58,975 bases of DNA. Source: an uncultured Bacillota bacterium (lineage in GTDB: Bacteria; Bacillota_I; Bacilli_A; RF39; UBA660). The notes under the pieces were generated by a model that did no database searches, was not told the origin of the DNA, and was given only the letters and a program-made list of their open reading frames with translations. How positions within the stretch are numbered: position 1 is the first letter of the stretch; each line of letters starts with the position of its first letter. The DNA is taken from assembly GCA_946407495.1 (NCBI GenBank), contig CAMJOB010000004.1, positions 1 to 58,975 on the forward strand, given 5' to 3'. The translations under genes were made by a program, and so were the position numbers. Of the stretch, positions 55,846-58,975 are shown piece after piece.

Positions 55846-56648
55846 ACTTTAAAATTTAAATTTATATTAAGTTTTGGAATTTTAATATTAAATTTTGTTT
55901 GTTCTTCTTGTTCTTGTTTATCCATTTCCATTACTTGTCTAAAAAAGGATGTCGGATTATGTGCAAATAATTCTCTTTTTAAATCAGCCACTACCTTATT
56001 TAAATCCTCTAATGTTTTAAAACAATAAACACTATAAGGAACTCCAAGTGGATTATTATAAACTGGAGTTATTTTACGTAAATCAGCATATCCAAGAATA
56101 CGTTCTAAATAATCACGAGGTTTTACACGCATTTTTGTGAAAATCTCATCATTATCATATGCATTTTTCATATTATGTAAAAAATATGAGCCATCACATT
56201 TTTTTACTTTATATATTAAAACAGACTTATCAGGAAAATGAATTTTAATTTCATCATCTAACTCATAAGAAGTAGTTACTTTAAGATTTTTAGGACATTC
56301 TGCTTTTTTTGAATTAGTCAGTTTCTTTAAATCTTTTATTACTCTGTTTATAGCTGATGATGTTAAAAAACGAGGAACTGCTTGACTATCTTGATAAGAG
56401 CCATCTCTTACAAAACCAACATTATAATCCCCATAAAGTTCCTTCACGAAATGAAAAGGATCTAATTTTAATTTATTAAAAACTTCATTATGGCAATTTG
56501 GATTTGTTATATTATATAAGTAATATGATTCATGCTCAATATCATTAAAATCAACAATATTACCACCTATAGTTTTTATTGTATATTGTAAAGTACAATC
56601 AGGAAAAACAAACTCAATTCTATCATTTACAGAATATTCAACAAACAT
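55842..56648 (-). CDS. Hypothetical protein with an internally duplicated domain
   Basis: Y..D.I...FPD..L.Y..K..SY.L.N..N..E.F.K...P occurs twice. Confidence 0.7.
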   Translation of the reverse strand: MFVEYSVNDRIEFVFPDCTLQYTIKTIGGNIVDFNDIEHESYYLYNITNPNCHNEVFNKLKLDPFHFVKELYGDYNVGFVRDGSYQDSQAVPRFLTSSAINRVIKDLKKLTNSKKAECPKNLKVTTSYELDDEIKIHFPDKSVLIYKVKKCDGSYFLHNMKNAYDNDEIFTKMRVKPRDYLERILGYADLRKITPVYNNPLGVPYSVYCFKTLEDLNKVVADLKRELFAHNPTSFFRQVMEMDKQEQEEQTKFNIKIPKLNINLNFKV

Positions 56649-56832
56649 TTTATGTTAAAATTAAAGTTTATTTAATACTTGATTTAGTCTTCATCTTTAT
56701 GTACTTTTATGTAAAGACAAGCACAAACGATAATTGCAACTGTAATTGTAATTACCCAAAGATTTTCGTTAATTGTTTCCATATTTTTTAATTATTAATT
56801 TCCTCTCTGAAATGAATCAGAGAGGAAATGTG

Positions 56833-57207
56833 TTAGACAACTGTACCTTGAATAACAAGATAACCATGCGCTTTCACGATATCTATTGACTTCTGAAGAA
56901 TCATATTTTCATATGCTTCTTTCTTGATTACCTTGTTTGCCTTGTACTTTTTTGTTCTCTGTGTATTGAACTCCTTGATAACGTTTTCCAAGTACTTGAA
57001 ATACACAGGTTTTTTAGGAAGCATATATTCATTTCTTCCTACATAAAGGATTACACCTTTGTTGCTTAGCAAATTGATTAAAGCTAAGTCTTTACCCAAT
57101 CCCACTTCGTTAAACAAAGTTCGCATTTCTTTACAAGTAAAAACACGATTAGGATTTTCAGCTCTCTTCACGTTAAAAAGAGCTGTGATTTTTTTATAAT
57201 CTTTCAT
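56833..57207 (-). CDS. Hypothetical protein (possible wHTH)
   Basis: Probable start MKDYK. Confidence 0.65.
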   Translation of the reverse strand: MKDYKKITALFNVKRAENPNRVFTCKEMRTLFNEVGLGKDLALINLLSNKGVILYVGRNEYMLPKKPVYFKYLENVIKEFNTQRTKKYKANKVIKKEAYENMILQKSIDIVKAHGYLVIQGTVV

Positions 57208-57712
57208 ATTCTGATTTGAGTTTATCTTCTGCATCATAAACGCAGGTTGTTAGAAAATCTCTGAATTGTTCGAATACATTTTGAAGGTCTAAATCAGATG
57301 CTGATACAATCCAATCATTAAACTTAATATATAAGTTTTTTTGATCAATTTTTTCAATAACAACATCTTCAAAATTACCTTCTGGATCAAGTCTTAACCA
57401 ATTATCTGGCTTCTTAATAGATGAAACAAATAGAGGAATAGAACGATCTGCACAATATTTTCTTTCAAACATTTGTTTATAAATATTGAACAAATCTCGA
57501 ATTACTTCTTTTTTCTTACTTATTGTACCACGACTAGATAAATATAAGTACTTAATACTATTAAGTTTTACGATGATTTTAAAGATTTCGTCTTTTTCCT
57601 CTTTGATTTCTTTCTCATGTTTCATTTTCATCAAACGATTTACACGTAAATCATTTAGAAAGATGACAATTAGAAACAAAAGAAAAAAGATAGCGAGAAC
57701 AATTACTTCCAT
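57194..57712 (-). CDS. Hypothetical protein with N-terminal TM
   Basis: ORF track. Confidence 0.65.
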   Translation of the reverse strand: MEVIVLAIFFLLFLIVIFLNDLRVNRLMKMKHEKEIKEEKDEIFKIIVKLNSIKYLYLSSRGTISKKKEVIRDLFNIYKQMFERKYCADRSIPLFVSSIKKPDNWLRLDPEGNFEDVVIEKIDQKNLYIKFNDWIVSASDLDLQNVFEQFRDFLTTCVYDAEDKLKSEYERL

Positions 57713-57741
57713 ATTTATTAGTTTTTTAAATGAAGATATTG

Positions 57742-58083
57742 TTACTGAATTTCAGTAACAACACCTTTGTCAATTGTGATGGTATACTCATTCTTGTGGA
57801 GTCTTCTGATCTCCTCAAAAATGTAGCCAAACACTCCGTTGGCATAGTCATACTTCTTGTAGAATGGACGACCTCTGAGGATGTCCAAAGAACGACCTAC
57901 TCGTGTACAATCACAGATGGCTCCATTCTTGTCCAACTTGACGAAGAGCATGAAATCACCAACCTTGTGAGTAGAGTCATCTATCAGAAGCTCACTCTTG
58001 CCAATTACTTCTTTGAACTTCTTAGGCTTGAGATTGAATGACTTACGCATACCATTGTTAAAGAATTTCTTACTATTTGACAT
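57742..58083 (-). CDS. Hypothetical protein
   Basis: ORF track; coding strand of the region. Confidence 0.65.
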   Translation of the reverse strand: MSNSKKFFNNGMRKSFNLKPKKFKEVIGKSELLIDDSTHKVGDFMLFVKLDKNGAICDCTRVGRSLDILRGRPFYKKYDYANGVFGYIFEEIRRLHKNEYTITIDKGVVTEIQ

Positions 58084-58221
58084 AGTATTACCTGCTTGCC
58101 CAGGATTTATTTACGGCAAGAAAAGATTACTATTTTGTATTCAAGTATAGTTACTTGTCTTGTTTTAAGCGATGTTCGAACTTAGTTCTACTTATATAAA
58201 CAAGCTAAAGCAAAAAATTAG

Positions 58222-58292
58222 AAGTTCTTGCCGGACTCGAACCGACCACCTCTGCTTACGCGACAGTGCTCCCACCTGTGAGCTAAAGAGCT
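58222..58292 (-). ncRNA. Atypical tRNA-like RNA with 15-nt anticodon arm
   Basis: Normal acceptor, D and T arms; CUGU-CGCGUAA-GCAG without U33. Confidence 0.7.
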
Positions 58293-58374
58293 TTTACCCA
58301 TCGTTGGACTTTCACCAATCCAGATTGCTTAAGCGCTAATAACAATAATGGGGATTTATTACTAGTAAAAATCG

Positions 58375-58444
58375 CAATCCCTATCGGACTCGAACCGATA
58401 ACCGCTGTTAAAGAACAGTGCTCTCACCATTGAGCTAAGGGATT
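58375..58444 (-). ncRNA. tRNA-like RNA with 4-nt anticodon loop
   Basis: Perfect acceptor, D and T arms; CUGUU-CUUU-AACAG. Confidence 0.8.
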
Positions 58445-58532
58445 TTTGCATATAACATCTTGAGCTCATTAATGTTATACGTGCCAGTTGACGCCACCTA
58501 TAGATTCATTCAACTTCATAATAGAAATGCAG

Positions 58533-58649
58533 TAGATATAACAGGATTCGAACCTGTGACCCCGCGCCGTATCATATAAATGATGTTAGTATTATGAATG
58601 TACACTCAAAACCCGAGTCGCTACTCTAAACCAACTGAGTTATATATCT
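58533..58649 (-). ncRNA. tRNA-like RNA with multibranch insert replacing the anticodon arm
   Basis: AGAUAUA/UAUAUCU acceptor, canonical D and T arms, three hairpins closed by GCG/CGC. Confidence 0.8.
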
Positions 58650-58743
58650 ATGTTATTTTTATGGTTGTTTAAAAAATCGTATTACTATTTTCACAAACTG
58701 TAATACGCAGAATTTTAACAAATATAACCAAACAACCTATGAG

Positions 58744-58814
58744 TAGGAAAGCCAGGATTCGAACCTGGATTACCAGAGTGAGAATCTGGAGTACTACCAT
58801 TATACGACATCCCC
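58744..58814 (-). tRNA. tRNA-Glu(CUC)
   Basis: Cloverleaf; loop UUCUCAC. Confidence 0.88.
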
Positions 58815-58975
58815 TAGTAATACACTTATAAAGATTTAAGAAACTTAGTGCATTTAAGACCTCGAGTCTAAGTTTACTGTGTCGGACAACTAACTAAAAC
58901 CAAAGTTTAATTTGGTAACAGTATTTTCTTTATTTGTTTAACTGCTTCTTTAGCTTCTTCAGCAGTTTTGAAGTA

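Noticed and set aside
3148-58041. Short plus-strand ORFs other than 40295-40858, and nested minus-strand ORFs 5161, 38216 and 47440
   Set aside because: Antisense or alternate-frame shadows of well-supported genes with no motifs
1-58975. Stop-codon reassignment as in some crAss-like phages
   Set aside because: Genes are intact under code 11 and no canonical CUA/UCA suppressor tRNA was found; the gene breaks are explained by introns

Overview
This is an AT-rich segment of a large lytic dsDNA phage, almost entirely minus-strand coded. The host is probably a Bacteroidota bacterium, judging by TAnnTTTG/TTTG promoters, a Bacteroidetes-like sigma factor and the tmRNA tag; the replication gene set is crAss-like. 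Standard genetic code fits. 1-34 kb: replication and nucleotide metabolism, including family B DNA polymerase and a Sak4-like AAA ATPase (each split by a group I intron), sigma-70, ligase, dUTPase, NrdD/NrdG, primase, DnaB-like and SF2 helicases and RNase H. 36-39 kb, with pncA/Nudix at 8-9 kb and a PnuC-like gene at 47 kb: a complete deamidating NAD+ salvage route (pncA, pncB, nadD, nadE) flanked by Tad2/DUF2829-like genes. 40-59 kb: an RNA-rich region with an intron-split tmRNA, about 25 tRNA genes (one with a group I intron) and several rewired tRNA-like RNAs. It also holds nine copies of an unnamed covarying RNA element (8-bp stem + YACAGCAAA, some carrying tRNA-like domains) beside a TROVE/Ro60-like vWA gene. 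The top candidates for undescribed systems are this Ro-like protein plus RNA family and the four-enzyme NAD+ route. All protein calls come from motif recognition by eye; no searches were run.
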